Notes: a model not told the origin generated them from the letters alone. A stretch of 32,000 nucleotides of DNA from Deinococcus radiodurans R1 = ATCC 13939 = DSM 20539 (GCF_000008565.1 NC_001263.1:2541803-2573802), one strand, 5' to 3'; positions 1 to 10,936 are shown, counted from the first letter of the stretch. Made by a program: numbers and translations.

Positions 1-17
1 CCAGAAAAAGCCTTCAG

Positions 18-1508
18 TTACAGCACCAGCGAGCGCGCCTCTCCGCCGATGGTGTTCCAGAGGGTAAATGCCGCCCGCGCGCCGGGCTTGACCCAGCCCT
101 CGTCGTCCCAGCCAGCGGCGAGCGCGGGGCCACGGGTGTAGGCCCACAGCACGTCGTCAGGGGTCAGGGCCTCGGCGGGGGCGAGGGGCAGGCCGTCGTC
201 GCCCAGGCGGGAGACGGCGGCGGCGAAGTTGCCCTGCACGCTCGGCGGCGCCACCGGCGCGTCGCTGCCGAAGGCGAGGATGGCCCCGGCGTCTTTCAGC
301 GAGCGGAAGGCGTAACTCGTCTGCTCGCGCTGGGGCAGCAGCTCCCGAATCATGGCGGCGTCGGCGGGCAAGTGCACGGGCTGCACGCTGGCGGTCAGGC
401 CCCGGAAACGCGGCAGGTCCTCGGGGCGCAGGTGCTGGGCGTGCTCGACCCGCAGCCGGATGCCGCGCGCCTCGGCCTCGGGACGCAACTGCTCGTAGAC
501 GTCGAGCACCTCGGTGTTCGCCCGGTCCCCGATGGCGTGCGTGACCGGCGTCAGGCCCAGGCGCAGCGCCTCGCGGCCCCGTTCCAGGATGAGGTCGGGC
601 GAGTCGAGGGCGATGCCGGTGCCCGAGCCGTCGGCAAAACCCGGCGCGTGGAGCCAGGCGGTGCGGCTGCCAAGCGCACCGTCGGCAAAGAATTTGACCC
701 CGCCCCATTGAAAGAGTCCACCGGGAACGCGGCTCAGGCCCAGCGAGCGGGCCGCGCTGAGGCGTTCGTGCGGCAAGCAGGCCCAGACCCGCAGCGGCAA
801 CTCGCCCCGCGCCGCCAGGGTTTGCAGGGCGAGCGGCGCGGCGGCGTCCTCGAAGGCCATGGTATGGGTGCTGACATACCCCCGCGCGGCGAGGTCCTGC
901 GCCCCGGCGCGGGCGTGCGCCAGCCACTCGCTTTCGCTGGGGGCCGGCACCCGCTCCGACACCAGCGCCTGCGCGTTTTCCTGCAAGCAGCCGAGCGGGT
1001 GAACGATGTGGCCGCCTTCCGGGTCAGGCGTCTGGTCGTGAATCCCGGCGGCGGCCAGCGCGCGGCTGTTGACCCAGATCATGTGGTGGTCGCGCGAGTG
1101 CAGCAGCACCGGGTGGTCGGGGCTCACGGCGTCGAGGTCGGCGGCGGTGGGGTAGCCGCTCAGGCCCAGCTCGGACAGCAGAAAGCCGCCGCCCACAATC
1201 CACTCGCCTGCCGGGGTCTGCGCTGCCCGTTCGCGTAGCCGGGCGCGCACCTCGTCCACGCTGCGGACGCCCTGCACATCGAGCTGCGAGAGCGACGCCC
1301 CATACATCACGAGGTGGGTGTGCGCGTCGCACAGGCCGGGCGTGAGGTGCAGGTCGCGGTGGTCGAGCACCTCGGCGCGCGGCGCGAGGGCCGACAGCTC
1401 TTCGCGTGTGCCCACCGCCAGCACCCGCCCGCCGCCCGCCAGCACCGCCTCCGCCTGGGGCCGCGCCGGGTCGAGGGTGGTGACTTGGGCCAGGATGAGG
1501 GTGAGCAT
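18..1508 (-). CDS. Amidohydrolase-superfamily metal-dependent hydrolase (YtcJ-like / amidohydrolase 3)
   Basis: 496-aa ORF with ATG at 1508. Metal-ligand-type motifs [23 protein letters not shown] and FGSDAPV. GC3-rich codons. Confidence 0.85.
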   Translation of the reverse strand: MLTLILAQVTTLDPARPQAEAVLAGGGRVLAVGTREELSALAPRAEVLDHRDLHLTPGLCDAHTHLVMYGASLSQLDVQGVRSVDEVRARLRERAAQTPAGEWIVGGGFLLSELGLSGYPTAADLDAVSPDHPVLLHSRDHHMIWVNSRALAAAGIHDQTPDPEGGHIVHPLGCLQENAQALVSERVPAPSESEWLAHARAGAQDLAARGYVSTHTMAFEDAAAPLALQTLAARGELPLRVWACLPHERLSAARSLGLSRVPGGLFQWGGVKFFADGALGSRTAWLHAPGFADGSGTGIALDSPDLILERGREALRLGLTPVTHAIGDRANTEVLDVYEQLRPEAEARGIRLRVEHAQHLRPEDLPRFRGLTASVQPVHLPADAAMIRELLPQREQTSYAFRSLKDAGAILAFGSDAPVAPPSVQGNFAAAVSRLGDDGLPLAPAEALTPDDVLWAYTRGPALAAGWDDEGWVKPGARAAFTLWNTIGGEARSLVL

Positions 1509-1514
1509 GAAGAC

Positions 1515-1520
1515 AGGGTA
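1515..1520 (-). promoter_or_regulatory. -10-like hexamer TACCCT, 6 nt upstream of the amidohydrolase ATG (leaderless-type)
   Basis: Plus strand agggta at 1515-1520. The spacer 1509-1514 is 6 nt. No Shine-Dalgarno between them. Confidence 0.4.
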
Positions 1521-1528
1521 GAGGGTTG

Positions 1529-1580
1529 AGGGGAGGGGGTGAAGAGGACGTGCAAAAAGCGCCCCTTCACCCCCTCCCCT
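1529..1580. terminator. GC-rich hairpin from a 16-bp perfect inverted repeat (terminator/insulator-like)
   Basis: AGGGGAGGGGGTGAAG (1529-1544) is the exact reverse complement of CTTCACCCCCTCCCCT (1565-1580), with a 20-nt loop. TTTT follows on the + strand. It lies between the lipoprotein stop (1601) and the amidohydrolase start (1508). Confidence 0.35.
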
Positions 1581-1600
1581 TTTGGTCCCGTTCTGCCCTG

Positions 1601-2130
1601 TCAGCGGCTCAGGTCGTAGCCCGTCACCGGGTGGCCCGGACGCGGATTGCCGGCACCGAGGGGCTGGGCGCGGTCATACAGGTTCCAGCCCTGGGCCACG
1701 GTCATGGCGGGCAGCGCCTCTTCCCCGGCGCTCGGCAGCCCCCCCGGCACTTTGAGCGCCGGAATCTCGCCGCCGCGCGGGCTGAACATCAGCCACTGGC
1801 GGTTGCGGGCAAACGTCTCGCCGGGGTCGAAGGTGCCGTTGTTGTTGGCGTCGTCGAAGGCGATGACCTGATACAGCCCCAGCACGTCGGGAATGCCCGG
1901 CAGGTTCACCCCGAAGGCCGCGCCCGGGTGCAGGGGCGTCTGAGCGAGATTGGCCGTGTTGGTCACGATATTGGGCACGCCCGCGCCCACCAGAGCGAGG
2001 CGCAGCCGGGCGCCCGCGTCCCACTTCCCACCGAGGGTGCCGCTGAGGTCGTAGTCGCCCGGCGCGCCGACCGGCTGCTGGCCGCAGGCAGAGAGCGCGA
2101 GGAGAGAAAGCAGCGAGGCGGCGCGCTTCA

Positions 2131-2134
<4 letters not shown>
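1601..2134 (-). CDS. Hypothetical lipoprotein with an EF-hand-like Ca-binding loop
   Basis: This is the C-terminal 177 codons of the 667-aa track ORF. Start is ATGATG at 2134. The lipobox is [18 protein letters not shown]. The loop [12 protein letters not shown] occupies 1817-1852. The start overlaps the upstream PPIase stop (ATGA, 2131-2134). Confidence 0.75.
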
Positions 2135-2907
<773 letters not shown>

Positions 2908-2914
2908 GGGTTCC

Positions 2915-2920
2915 AGTGTA
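2915..2920 (-). promoter_or_regulatory. -10-like hexamer TACACT, 7 nt upstream of the PPIase GTG
   Basis: Plus strand agtgta at 2915-2920. Spacer is 2908-2914. Confidence 0.4.
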
Positions 2921-2973
2921 CGGGCTGCCCGTGAGGAGAACGGAAACGGCAGCGAGCGCCGGCCCAAAGCTGC

Positions 2974-2979
2974 TACCTT
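2974..2979 (+). promoter_or_regulatory. -10-like hexamer TACCTT, 7 nt upstream of the cmk GTG
   Basis: tacctt at 2974-2979, GTG at 2987. Lies in the 79-bp divergent region shared with the PPIase gene. Confidence 0.35.
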
Positions 2980-2986
2980 TTCCCCC

Positions 2987-3607
2987 GTGATCGTGACCAT
3001 CGACGGCGTGGCGGCCAGCGGCAAATCGAGCGTGTCGAGCGGCGTGGCTCGGGCACTGGGGATTCCTTATGTCAGCAGCGGCCTGCTCTACCGCGCGGCC
3101 ACCCTGCTGGGGCTGGAAGCGGCCCTCGACCTCAGCGACGCGCCCCGGCTGCTCGCGCACCTGCGCGCGCTTCCGCTGCGGCTCGAACCGCTGGCAGAAG
3201 GCAACCGGGTGTGGTCGGGCGAGCGTGACCTGACGCCGGGGCTGCACCAGAGCGCCGTGGACGCGGGCGTGAGCACCGTCGCCGCGCACCCCGAGCTGCG
3301 CGCCTGGGTGGACGAGCAGCTCCGGCAGTTGCCCCCGCCCTTCGTCGCCGAGGGCCGCGACATGGGCACCAACGTGTTTCCGGACGCGCCGGCCAAGTTC
3401 TACCTGACCGCCAGCCCGCGCATCCGCGCCGAGCGCCGCAGTGCCGAGCGGCCCGAGGACGTGGACGCGATCGAAGCCGCCCTCATCGCCAGGGACAGGA
3501 AGGACGCCGCCCAGAGTGCCCCCGCGCCCGACGCCCGCGTGATCGACACCGGACCGCTGGGATTGGAAGAGGTGATTGGGGAGATTTTGGGGGAGATCGG
3601 ACAATAG
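2987..3607 (+). CDS. cmk: Cytidylate kinase
   Basis: [37 protein letters not shown] (P-loop GxxGxGKS type), [27 protein letters not shown]. Start is assigned to the GTG at 2987 (or 2993). The upstream part of the 315-aa track ORF is antisense to the PPIase gene. Confidence 0.9.
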   Translation: MIVTIDGVAASGKSSVSSGVARALGIPYVSSGLLYRAATLLGLEAALDLSDAPRLLAHLRALPLRLEPLAEGNRVWSGERDLTPGLHQSAVDAGVSTVAAHPELRAWVDEQLRQLPPPFVAEGRDMGTNVFPDAPAKFYLTASPRIRAERRSAERPEDVDAIEAALIARDRKDAAQSAPAPDARVIDTGPLGLEEVIGEILGEIGQ

Positions 3608-3640
3608 GAAAAAGGGGCCAACGCCGCAGCCCTGGCCCCC
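3608..3640. terminator. Hairpin between convergent cmk and the 3655-4023 gene
   Basis: GGGGCCA (3614-3620) pairs with TGGCCCC (3633-3639). The A-run 3609-3613 gives a T-run on the minus strand. Confidence 0.5.
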
Positions 3641-3654
3641 AACTTGCCCAATTT

Positions 3655-4023
3655 TTACTTCGGGTGAAGCTCTACCCCCGTCGCTTCATTGCTATCCACA
3701 CACTGAAAAATAAACACCTTGACGCCCGTCGCCGAATACTCGCTCAGTTCGCCGCGAATCTGCCAGGTTTCGGCGGTCAGTTGTTTAGCTTCCGTAAAAC
3801 GCCAGTGGTTGGCAAAGGCGTTGTAGGACTTGGGCAGCGTGATTTTGGCGGTGGCAAGGCAACGTCCGGCATTTTCCTTGGGCTCAATCAAGGGACCGCT
3901 TGGCGGAACGTACACGGCAGGGGGTAGGCGGACGGCGCTTCGGTCATCCTTCACCACCTTGAGCGTTGCTCCCACTACGGCAGCGGCGAGCAGCAGGAAG
4001 GAGACCAGCCTGCTTCGCCGCAC
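3655..4023 (-). CDS. Hypothetical small protein with N-terminal membrane anchor/signal
   Basis: 122 aa. The GTG start sits 1 nt after the upstream TGA (TGAgGTG). MRRSRLVSFLLLAAAVVGATL is hydrophobic. GC is visibly lower than in neighbouring genes. No recognisable domain. Confidence 0.55.
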   Translation of the reverse strand: MRRSRLVSFLLLAAAVVGATLKVVKDDRSAVRLPPAVYVPPSGPLIEPKENAGRCLATAKITLPKSYNAFANHWRFTEAKQLTAETWQIRGELSEYSATGVKVFIFQCVDSNEATGVELHPK

Positions 4024-4024
4024 C

Positions 4025-5464
4025 TCAGCCGCGCAAAAACTCGATAGCGTCCGCCGCCGTATACCCCGGCTTCCAGCTGCCGAGTTCGGTCAGGCCGTCG
4101 CCGCTGGTGAGCAGGGACTTTTCCACGTCGCCGTTTTTCTGAATCTGTGGCAGCCCCGCGTCGGACATCAGGGCGTTGCACAGGCACTTGCGGCCCACGG
4201 TGTCCTCGACCTTGCCGCCCTTGGCGACGTACTGGTCCACCGGCTCGGCGGCGCAGCGCCAGCCCACTTTGCCTTCCTTGCCGGGGGCCATGTCCCAGTA
4301 GGCTTCGCGCAGGTAGCCGATGTCGCAAATCCGCATCCGGCGGGCGTAGACCTCAGGGTTGGAAAGTGTTTCGGGGAGCTGCACCACCTTGAAGGGAAAG
4401 CCGGTGGGCGAAGCGAGCGGGTCGGTGTAGACCTTGAGGTCGCCCTGCTGCACCTCGCCGAGCACCCGCCGCTGCAACTCGTCGCGGATGCCCGCTTCCT
4501 GGGCGTAGGCGAACAGCGTGCCGACCTGAATGCCGGCAGCGCCCTCCGCGAGCGCGTCTTGCAGGCCGCCGCGCTTGCCGTAGCCGCCCGCCAGCCAGAA
4601 GGGGACGCCGAATTTGCGCATTTCGCCGAGGTCGCACACGTCACGCTCGCCGTAGACCGGCTGGCCGAGGTCGTCGAGCGCGTAGTTGCCGCGCGGGGGC
4701 GCGTTGTGGCCGCCCGCCGTGGGGCCTTCGACGATAAAGCCTTCGATGCCGCCGGTCTTTTTGCGCAGCATCGCCCCGGCGAGCACGTGCGAGGTCACGA
4801 TGGGGTAGAACTTCGGGCGCCCAGTGGTCACTCCGTCAAAGCCGTAAGCGGCGGGGTCGAGGGTCACGCCCGGCGTGTCGCCCTGTGGGTCGCCCTTCAC
4901 GCTGAGTTTGAAGGTGCCGGGCCGCCCCGCCGCGAAGTTGTCGAGCGCGGCGGGCACTTCACGCGGAATGCCCGCGCCCATGATGACCGTGTCCACCCCG
5001 GCGAGCATGGCGCCGTAGAGCGAGGGCAGGGTCATCAGTTCGAGCTTGGTGAGCAGGTTGAGCCCCACCGGATTGCTGTGCCCCTCGCGGGCGAGCCAGA
5101 CCTCGACAAAGGCCCCGGCGATAGACAGTTCCCAGGCGAGCTGGTGGTTGCGGTGGCTGGGCAGCGGCACGCGGGCGTAGGGTTGCCCCTCGGCACGCCC
5201 TCCCTCGAGGAAATACTTGGCGATGAATTCCTGCGCTTTGGCCGGGTTGGGGTACTCGGCGAGCGCCCGGCGGACGTGGCCCTGCGGGTCGCCGTCTTGA
5301 AGGCGCCGCACCAGCACGTTGTCGATGCCGGTGCCCGACACCACGCCGAGTTCGCCGGTGCGCGACACCGCCTGCGCCAGCCGCCAGTCGGAAACGGCCA
5401 CGCCCATGCCCCCCTGAATGATGCGGGGCAGGCGCGCCGGAGAAGTCTGTGCCTTGTCAGTCAT
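4025..5464 (-). CDS. Nitronate monooxygenase / 2-nitropropane dioxygenase-like FMN oxidoreductase
   Basis: 479 aa. N-terminal RIIQGGMGVAVSDWRLAQAVSRTGELGVVSGT is typical of the NMO/FabK-like TIM-barrel family. Also GFIVEGPTAGGHNAPPRG. AAGGTGA Shine-Dalgarno lies 4-5 nt upstream. Confidence 0.8.
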   Translation of the reverse strand: MTDKAQTSPARLPRIIQGGMGVAVSDWRLAQAVSRTGELGVVSGTGIDNVLVRRLQDGDPQGHVRRALAEYPNPAKAQEFIAKYFLEGGRAEGQPYARVPLPSHRNHQLAWELSIAGAFVEVWLAREGHSNPVGLNLLTKLELMTLPSLYGAMLAGVDTVIMGAGIPREVPAALDNFAAGRPGTFKLSVKGDPQGDTPGVTLDPAAYGFDGVTTGRPKFYPIVTSHVLAGAMLRKKTGGIEGFIVEGPTAGGHNAPPRGNYALDDLGQPVYGERDVCDLGEMRKFGVPFWLAGGYGKRGGLQDALAEGAAGIQVGTLFAYAQEAGIRDELQRRVLGEVQQGDLKVYTDPLASPTGFPFKVVQLPETLSNPEVYARRMRICDIGYLREAYWDMAPGKEGKVGWRCAAEPVDQYVAKGGKVEDTVGRKCLCNALMSDAGLPQIQKNGDVEKSLLTSGDGLTELGSWKPGYTAADAIEFLRG

Positions 5465-5600
5465 GGTTCACCTTGTGCCCCGCGAGCCGGACCAATCAGG
5501 CGCGACACGGGGTCAAGAGAGTATTTCGCGCCCTTGTGCTCGCCCCCGCGATGTTGAGACGGGGTGCAAAGAAGGCGAAAAAGTGCCAAACAGCACAGGC

Positions 5601-7640
5601 TCAGACCTTGATGGCCCGCAGTTCGCTCAGCGCCTTTTTGTACTGCTCGATTTCGCGCTCGACGACGCCAAGTTGCCGGGAAATTTCGGCCTCGTGGCGG
5701 TCCCAGCGAGCATTGGTGTAGGCATGAACGGCCCGCTCGAAGGTCTCGATTTCGTCGCCGAGGTGCTGCTGCCCGCGCTGCTGTACGGCGTTGAGCTCGG
5801 CGCGGGGCACTGCGCCGGGGTCGAACTGAAAAAAGTCTTCCAGGCCGCGCCGCCACGCCAGCAACTCGCGGCCCAGCGGGGCAGGCAGAGCGCGGACCCG
5901 CTCGGCGGTCACGTCCAACGCGGTGCGAATGCCCTGCGCCACCGCCAGCCCGAGTTCGCGGGGGCCGACGCCCGGCACGCCGCTGCTGCTGAGCTGCTGC
6001 TGGCGCAAATAGTCTTGCCGGGAGCGTTCGCGCCAGCGGCCCAGTAGCGCCTCCAGGCTCCCGCCCGCGCTGAGGCTCAGCAGGTGCGCCCGGCGCTGCT
6101 CCAACGCCTGCTGCTCGCGCAGGTGCAGGGCGGCGGCGTTCTCGACGTGGTAGCGCTCACGCAGTTCCTCGCGCTGGGCGACGCGGGCGGCGAGCTCGGT
6201 CTTCACCTCGGCCCGGCGCCGCCGCACCGCCCGGCGGTAGCGCTGCTGCGGCCCCCGGCGCGGCAACAGCCCCCGCACGAGGTCGTGTTCCCAGCGCTCG
6301 TAACGGTCGATCAGGCCGTCCCAGTCCACCGCAAAGCGCCGCCCCAGCGTGAGGGCAAAGACGATCAGTGCGGGCACCACCAGCCCCGCCAGCACCGAGC
6401 GCTGCACCAGCCCGACCCCCAGCATCAGCGCGGCGAGGACGGCGACCCGCAGCGTCCAGGTCAGGAGTTGCAACTGCTGGCGGTGGTTTAAACCCCGTGG
6501 TTTGTCGGGCAGCGCCAGCGGCAGCGGGGGCAGCGGCGGCGCCTCGATGACCGGGGCCACCGGGGGCGACGGCGGCGGCGCGACCACTCGCTGCACGTCG
6601 TTCCACAGCCGCTGCACCCGCGCCGTTACGTCTTCCCCGCTGCTGGGCGCCGGCCCCTCGCGCTCGGCGGCGCAACTCGGGCAAGGGAGCCCCGGCACCT
6701 GCCAGTGACCGGCGCGGCGGGCACAGGGCACCAGTTCGGCGGCCAGAGCGCCGAGCGCCGCTGCCCAGGTTTCGGGAGATGGGCGGGGGACCACCGGCAC
6801 CGCGAACGCCTGCACGAACAGCGCCTGCACCGCCGGGGGCAACGCCGCGAAGGGCCACTCGCCCGGCGCGGTCCGCCGCCCTGGCCCGGCCTGCGGCGCG
6901 TCCACAAAGAGCCCGGCGGCAATCGCCTCGCCCGGCCCCGGCGCCGCCCCGCGTGCCTGAATCCCGGCGTAGGGGTGGCGGCCCAGCAGCAGCTCGAACA
7001 GCAGGACGGCCAGCCCGAAGGCGTCGCTCTCGGCGTCGGCCCCAGCGCCAGTGGCGCTCCCAACGCGCTGACGCTCGGGGGGCAGATATTCCGCGCTCGC
7101 CACCGGCCCGGCAAAGTCGCGCCCAGCGAGGTGCAGCGCGTAGTCGTCGGCCCCAACCAGCCGCACCTCGCCCGCGTCGGACACCAGCGCGTGCTCGGGC
7201 CGCACGTCGCCCATGTGGTGCCCGGCGGCGTGCAGTTCGGCAAAGGCGAGCGCCAGTTCGCGCCCGACCCGCACGGCGAAGGGCCAGTCGGCCTCCGGAA
7301 AACTGCGGCGGCGCGTGTCGGCCCGCAGCAGCGCCCGCACCCCCTGAAACTGCTGGGGCGGCAGCAGGGGCAAGAGCAGCCCCGCGAGTTGCCGGTTGGG
7401 GCCGTAGAGCGCGGCCAGCGGCCACACCAGGCGCCGGGCCACGTCCGGGTGGGGCGGCACCTTGACCAGTTCCTCGACCTTCTGGGCCTGGGCGGGCGGC
7501 GGCGGCGCCAGGTAGACCTTCGCTACCTGCCCGCGCACCTCGCCGAGGGTCAGCAGGTCGGCGTGCCGGCCCTGGGCCAGCGGCCTGCCGGGTGGAATGG
7601 GCACGCCATACACGTCTTGCAAGGCGGGAGGAGCAGTCAT
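5601..7640 (-). CDS. Atypical protein kinase-like protein with Cys/His cluster, 2 TM helices, coiled coil and helix-hairpin-helix (resembles YegI-type kinases)
   Basis: 679 aa. VAKVY (Lys), [13 protein letters not shown] (catalytic-loop-like), LVGADDYA (metal-binding-loop-like). C306-x5-H-x7-C-x2-C at 6672-6725. Pro-rich linker. Hydrophobic 393-432 at 6345-6464. [24 protein letters not shown] is HhH-like, at 5910-5984. Confidence 0.8.
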   Translation of the reverse strand: MTAPPALQDVYGVPIPPGRPLAQGRHADLLTLGEVRGQVAKVYLAPPPPAQAQKVEELVKVPPHPDVARRLVWPLAALYGPNRQLAGLLLPLLPPQQFQGVRALLRADTRRRSFPEADWPFAVRVGRELALAFAELHAAGHHMGDVRPEHALVSDAGEVRLVGADDYALHLAGRDFAGPVASAEYLPPERQRVGSATGAGADAESDAFGLAVLLFELLLGRHPYAGIQARGAAPGPGEAIAAGLFVDAPQAGPGRRTAPGEWPFAALPPAVQALFVQAFAVPVVPRPSPETWAAALGALAAELVPCARRAGHWQVPGLPCPSCAAEREGPAPSSGEDVTARVQRLWNDVQRVVAPPPSPPVAPVIEAPPLPPLPLALPDKPRGLNHRQQLQLLTWTLRVAVLAALMLGVGLVQRSVLAGLVVPALIVFALTLGRRFAVDWDGLIDRYERWEHDLVRGLLPRRGPQQRYRRAVRRRRAEVKTELAARVAQREELRERYHVENAAALHLREQQALEQRRAHLLSLSAGGSLEALLGRWRERSRQDYLRQQQLSSSGVPGVGPRELGLAVAQGIRTALDVTAERVRALPAPLGRELLAWRRGLEDFFQFDPGAVPRAELNAVQQRGQQHLGDEIETFERAVHAYTNARWDRHEAEISRQLGVVEREIEQYKKALSELRAIKV

Positions 7641-7779
7641 AGGTCGGTTGCAGGGTAGCGTCAGAAGGACGTGTCGTCATGTCAGGGGCCCGCATCCCAG
7701 GAATCCCGGAAACGAAAAAAGGCGACCCAGACAGCTTTCTTACCGTTCGGTACGGGACGCGCGCCCCGCGCCGGAAGAC

Positions 7780-7785
7780 TATGCT
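7780..7785 (+). promoter_or_regulatory. -10-like hexamer TATGCT upstream of a 22-codon uORF that precedes hemA
   Basis: tatgct at 7780-7785, 7-nt spacer, ATG at 7793. That ORF ends at TGA 7859-7861, overlapping the hemA ATG at 7858. Confidence 0.3.
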
Positions 7786-7857
7786 GCCCAACATGCTCCT
7801 GTTCTCTGCTTCCCTCACGCCGCGCGGTCTGCGGACGGCCCGGCCAGAGGCGCAGGC

Positions 7858-8958
7858 ATGACGCTCGCGTGTCCGACTGCCCAGCACCTGCTCGCCCGGC
7901 GTACGGTGCCGCAGCCCGCACCGCTCGATTTTGTGGTGGTCGGCCTCAATCACCAGACCGCGCCAGTCGAGGTCCGCGAGCGCGTCGCCGTGCGGCCCGA
8001 GGAAGAAGGCGCGCTGCTCGGCCACCTCGCGCGCCACGCCGACGAGGTGCTGCTGCTCGCCACCTGCAACCGCACCGAGGTCTATCTCGCCGGGGTGCAC
8101 GGCGACCCGCTCGCCGCCTTCGAGGGCGCCTGGGGCCACGCGCTGCTCGATCACCTCTACGTGTACCGGGGCGAGGCCGCCGTGCGGCACCTCTACCGCG
8201 TGACGGCGGGGCTCGACAGCCTCGTCATCGGCGAAACCCAGATTCAGGGACAGGTCAAACGTGCCTGGCAAAGTGCCCGCGAGCGCGGTCTGAGCGGCAC
8301 CCTGATGAACAAAGTGGTGCAGGGCGCACTGGCGGCGGGCAAGCGGGTGCGCTCGCACACCGGCCTGAGCGACAAGGTGGTCAGCGTGTCGAGCGCCGCC
8401 GTGGAACTCGCGCAGGCCGCGCTCGGTGAGCTCTCGCAGCGCCGCGCCCTGATTCTGGGGGCGGGCGAAACCGCCGAGCTGACTCTGACCCACCTGCGGG
8501 CGGCAGGCGTGCAGGACGTGCTGGTGGTCAACCGCACCGCCGAGCGGGCCCGCGCCCTCGCCGAAAAACTGGGGGGCCGCGCCTGCCCCGCCGAGGAACT
8601 GTCCGCCGCGCTCCCCGAAGTCGACGTGGTCATCGCATCGAGCGCCGCGCCGCACTACGTGGTCACCGCCCAGAACGTGCGCGAGGCGCTCGCCGGGCGT
8701 CCGGGCCGCGCCATGTTCCTGATTGACATCAGCGTGCCGCGCATCCTTGACCCCGAGATTGCCAGCGTGCCCGGCGCGCACCTCTACAACCTCGACGACC
8801 TGACCGCCGTCGTGCAGCGCAATATGCAGAGCCGCCGCGCCGCGCTCCCGCAGGCCGAAGCGATCATCCGCGAACTCGGCTCGGACCTCAGCCGCTGGTA
8901 TCTGACCCGTGAGACGCAGCTCGCCCGGCAAGCGGAGCTGGCCTTGGCGTGTGATTGA
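7858..8958 (+). CDS. hemA: Glutamyl-tRNA reductase
   Basis: [49 protein letters not shown] (NADPH Rossmann). ATG at 7858 chosen. An in-frame GTG at 7933 would give the more canonical N-terminus VVVGLNH. Confidence 0.9.
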   Translation: MTLACPTAQHLLARRTVPQPAPLDFVVVGLNHQTAPVEVRERVAVRPEEEGALLGHLARHADEVLLLATCNRTEVYLAGVHGDPLAAFEGAWGHALLDHLYVYRGEAAVRHLYRVTAGLDSLVIGETQIQGQVKRAWQSARERGLSGTLMNKVVQGALAAGKRVRSHTGLSDKVVSVSSAAVELAQAALGELSQRRALILGAGETAELTLTHLRAAGVQDVLVVNRTAERARALAEKLGGRACPAEELSAALPEVDVVIASSAAPHYVVTAQNVREALAGRPGRAMFLIDISVPRILDPEIASVPGAHLYNLDDLTAVVQRNMQSRRAALPQAEAIIRELGSDLSRWYLTRETQLARQAELALACD

Positions 8959-8994
8959 AGCGACGGCTCAGGAAAACGCATCCCCACCCAAAGC

Positions 8995-9026
8995 AAAAAG
9001 CGGAAGCCTACGCCTCCGCTTTTTTG
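8995..9026. terminator. Bidirectional hairpin between convergent hemA and the YebC-family gene
   Basis: AAAAAGCGGA ... TCCGCTTTTTT. A short GCGGA/TCCGC stem is flanked by an A-run and a T-run. Confidence 0.5.
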
Positions 9027-9042
9027 TTCTTTCTCGTTTCGG

Positions 9043-9777
<735 letters not shown>

Positions 9778-9886
9778 GTTTCAGAAGTCTCCTGTGCTGT
9801 GCGAACCTGCGCGAAAAAAAGGTAGAGCGTGCGTCCGGCGCGCCGGGCCGTCAGGGTCCGGGGGAACGCGAAATGCGCCGGACATT

Positions 9887-9986
9887 CTAGAGCATTTGAC
9901 AGAAAAAGACCCCTTGGTGCAGCTCTTCGAGTCCTACCAGGGTAGAGGGTCAAAAATGCGAAACATTCTTATGTCAAATGCTCTAG
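9887..9986. repeat. MITE-like element with 15-bp perfect terminal inverted repeats (TAGAGC-type)
   Basis: CTAGAGCATTTGACA (9887-9901) is the exact reverse complement of TGTCAAATGCTCTAG (9972-9986). Local GC is low. An extra TAGAGC end at 9823-9828 is followed by GTGCGTCCGG, as in the copy at 18332. Confidence 0.6.
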
Positions 9987-10058
9987 CGCGGCCGAACTAA
10001 AGACAATGGCACCGGCAGCGGTCACGGCGCCGCGCACGCCGGGGAGGATACTGGGACC

Positions 10059-10895
10059 ATGTCAAGCGAACTTCGGCACACCGAACGCCTCGTGAACGGG
10101 GTGCGGCTGCACTGCGTGGAGGCCGGCCCCGAACAGGGCCCCCCGGTCATCTTGCTGCACGGCTTTCCCGAGTTCTGGCGCGGCTGGGACCGCCAGATCG
10201 GGCCGCTCGCCCGCGCGGGGTTCCGGGTGGTGGTGCCCGACCAACGCGGCTACAACATCAGCGAAAAGCCGCAGGGCGTGGAGTCGTACCACATCGATAC
10301 GCTGGTGGCCGACGTGGCGGCGCTCATCCACGACCTCGGGCACGAGCGCGCCCATATCGTCGGGCACGACTGGGGCGGCGTGATTGCCTGGGCGGTCGCC
10401 ATCTCGCGGCCCGCCGTGGTGGACAAACTGGTGATTCTCAACGCCCCGCACCCCGGCGCCTTCGGACGGGAAATGCGCCGTCCCGAGCAGAGAAAGCGCT
10501 CGTGGTACGTGGGCTTTTTCCAGCTCCCCTGGCTGCCCGAGCGCCTGCTGGTGCCCTTTGGACGCAAGGGCCTGGGCGGAGCGCGGCCCGGCAGCTACAG
10601 CGCCGAGGACATGCACCACTACGAAACCGCCTGGACACAGCCCGGCGCGGCCACCGCCATGATCAACTATTACCGCGCCCTGATCCGCTTCGGGAACGTC
10701 AAGGGCCGGCAGGTTCACGCCCCCACCCTGCTGCTGTGGGGCGAAAAGGATTCGGCTCTGGTGCCCGAGCTCGCCGACAACCTCGGCAAGTGGGTGCCCA
10801 ACCTGAAAACCGTCAAGTTTCCCCACGCCACCCACTGGGTCATGCGTGACGAAACGCTGCGGGTGAATCAAGAGCTACTGGCATTTCTGGAATAG
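10059..10895 (+). CDS. Alpha/beta hydrolase (epoxide hydrolase / haloalkane dehalogenase-like)
   Basis: 278 aa. [12 protein letters not shown], nucleophile elbow VGHDWGG, C-terminal HATHWV. GATACT lies 6 nt upstream of the ATG. Confidence 0.9.
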   Translation: MSSELRHTERLVNGVRLHCVEAGPEQGPPVILLHGFPEFWRGWDRQIGPLARAGFRVVVPDQRGYNISEKPQGVESYHIDTLVADVAALIHDLGHERAHIVGHDWGGVIAWAVAISRPAVVDKLVILNAPHPGAFGREMRRPEQRKRSWYVGFFQLPWLPERLLVPFGRKGLGGARPGSYSAEDMHHYETAWTQPGAATAMINYYRALIRFGNVKGRQVHAPTLLLWGEKDSALVPELADNLGKWVPNLKTVKFPHATHWVMRDETLRVNQELLAFLE

Positions 10896-10936
10896 CCGCA
10901 GCGCATTTTGTTTGCTTCCACGCGGCTCGTGCCTCT

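Noticed and set aside
3830-5557. 575-aa plus-strand ORF
   Set aside because: It is antisense to the nitronate-monooxygenase-like gene, which has clear family motifs. The composition is Ala/Gly/Arg/His junk.
6157-8931. 924-aa minus-strand ORF spanning the kinase and hemA regions
   Set aside because: The translation is Arg/Ala/Gly/Pro-rich with no domain-like segments. It is antisense to the well-supported hemA and out of frame with the kinase. This is a typical stop-codon-poor shadow ORF of high-GC DNA.
9969-9985. TTATGTCAAATGCTCTA as a possible radiation/desiccation response motif (RDRM) operator
   Set aside because: The left half TTATGTC resembles my recollection of the RDRM half-site. The right half does not form the required palindrome (nothing like GACATAA). 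The sequence is instead explained as the terminal inverted repeat of the MITE-like element. No other RDRM-like palindrome was seen in the intergenic regions.
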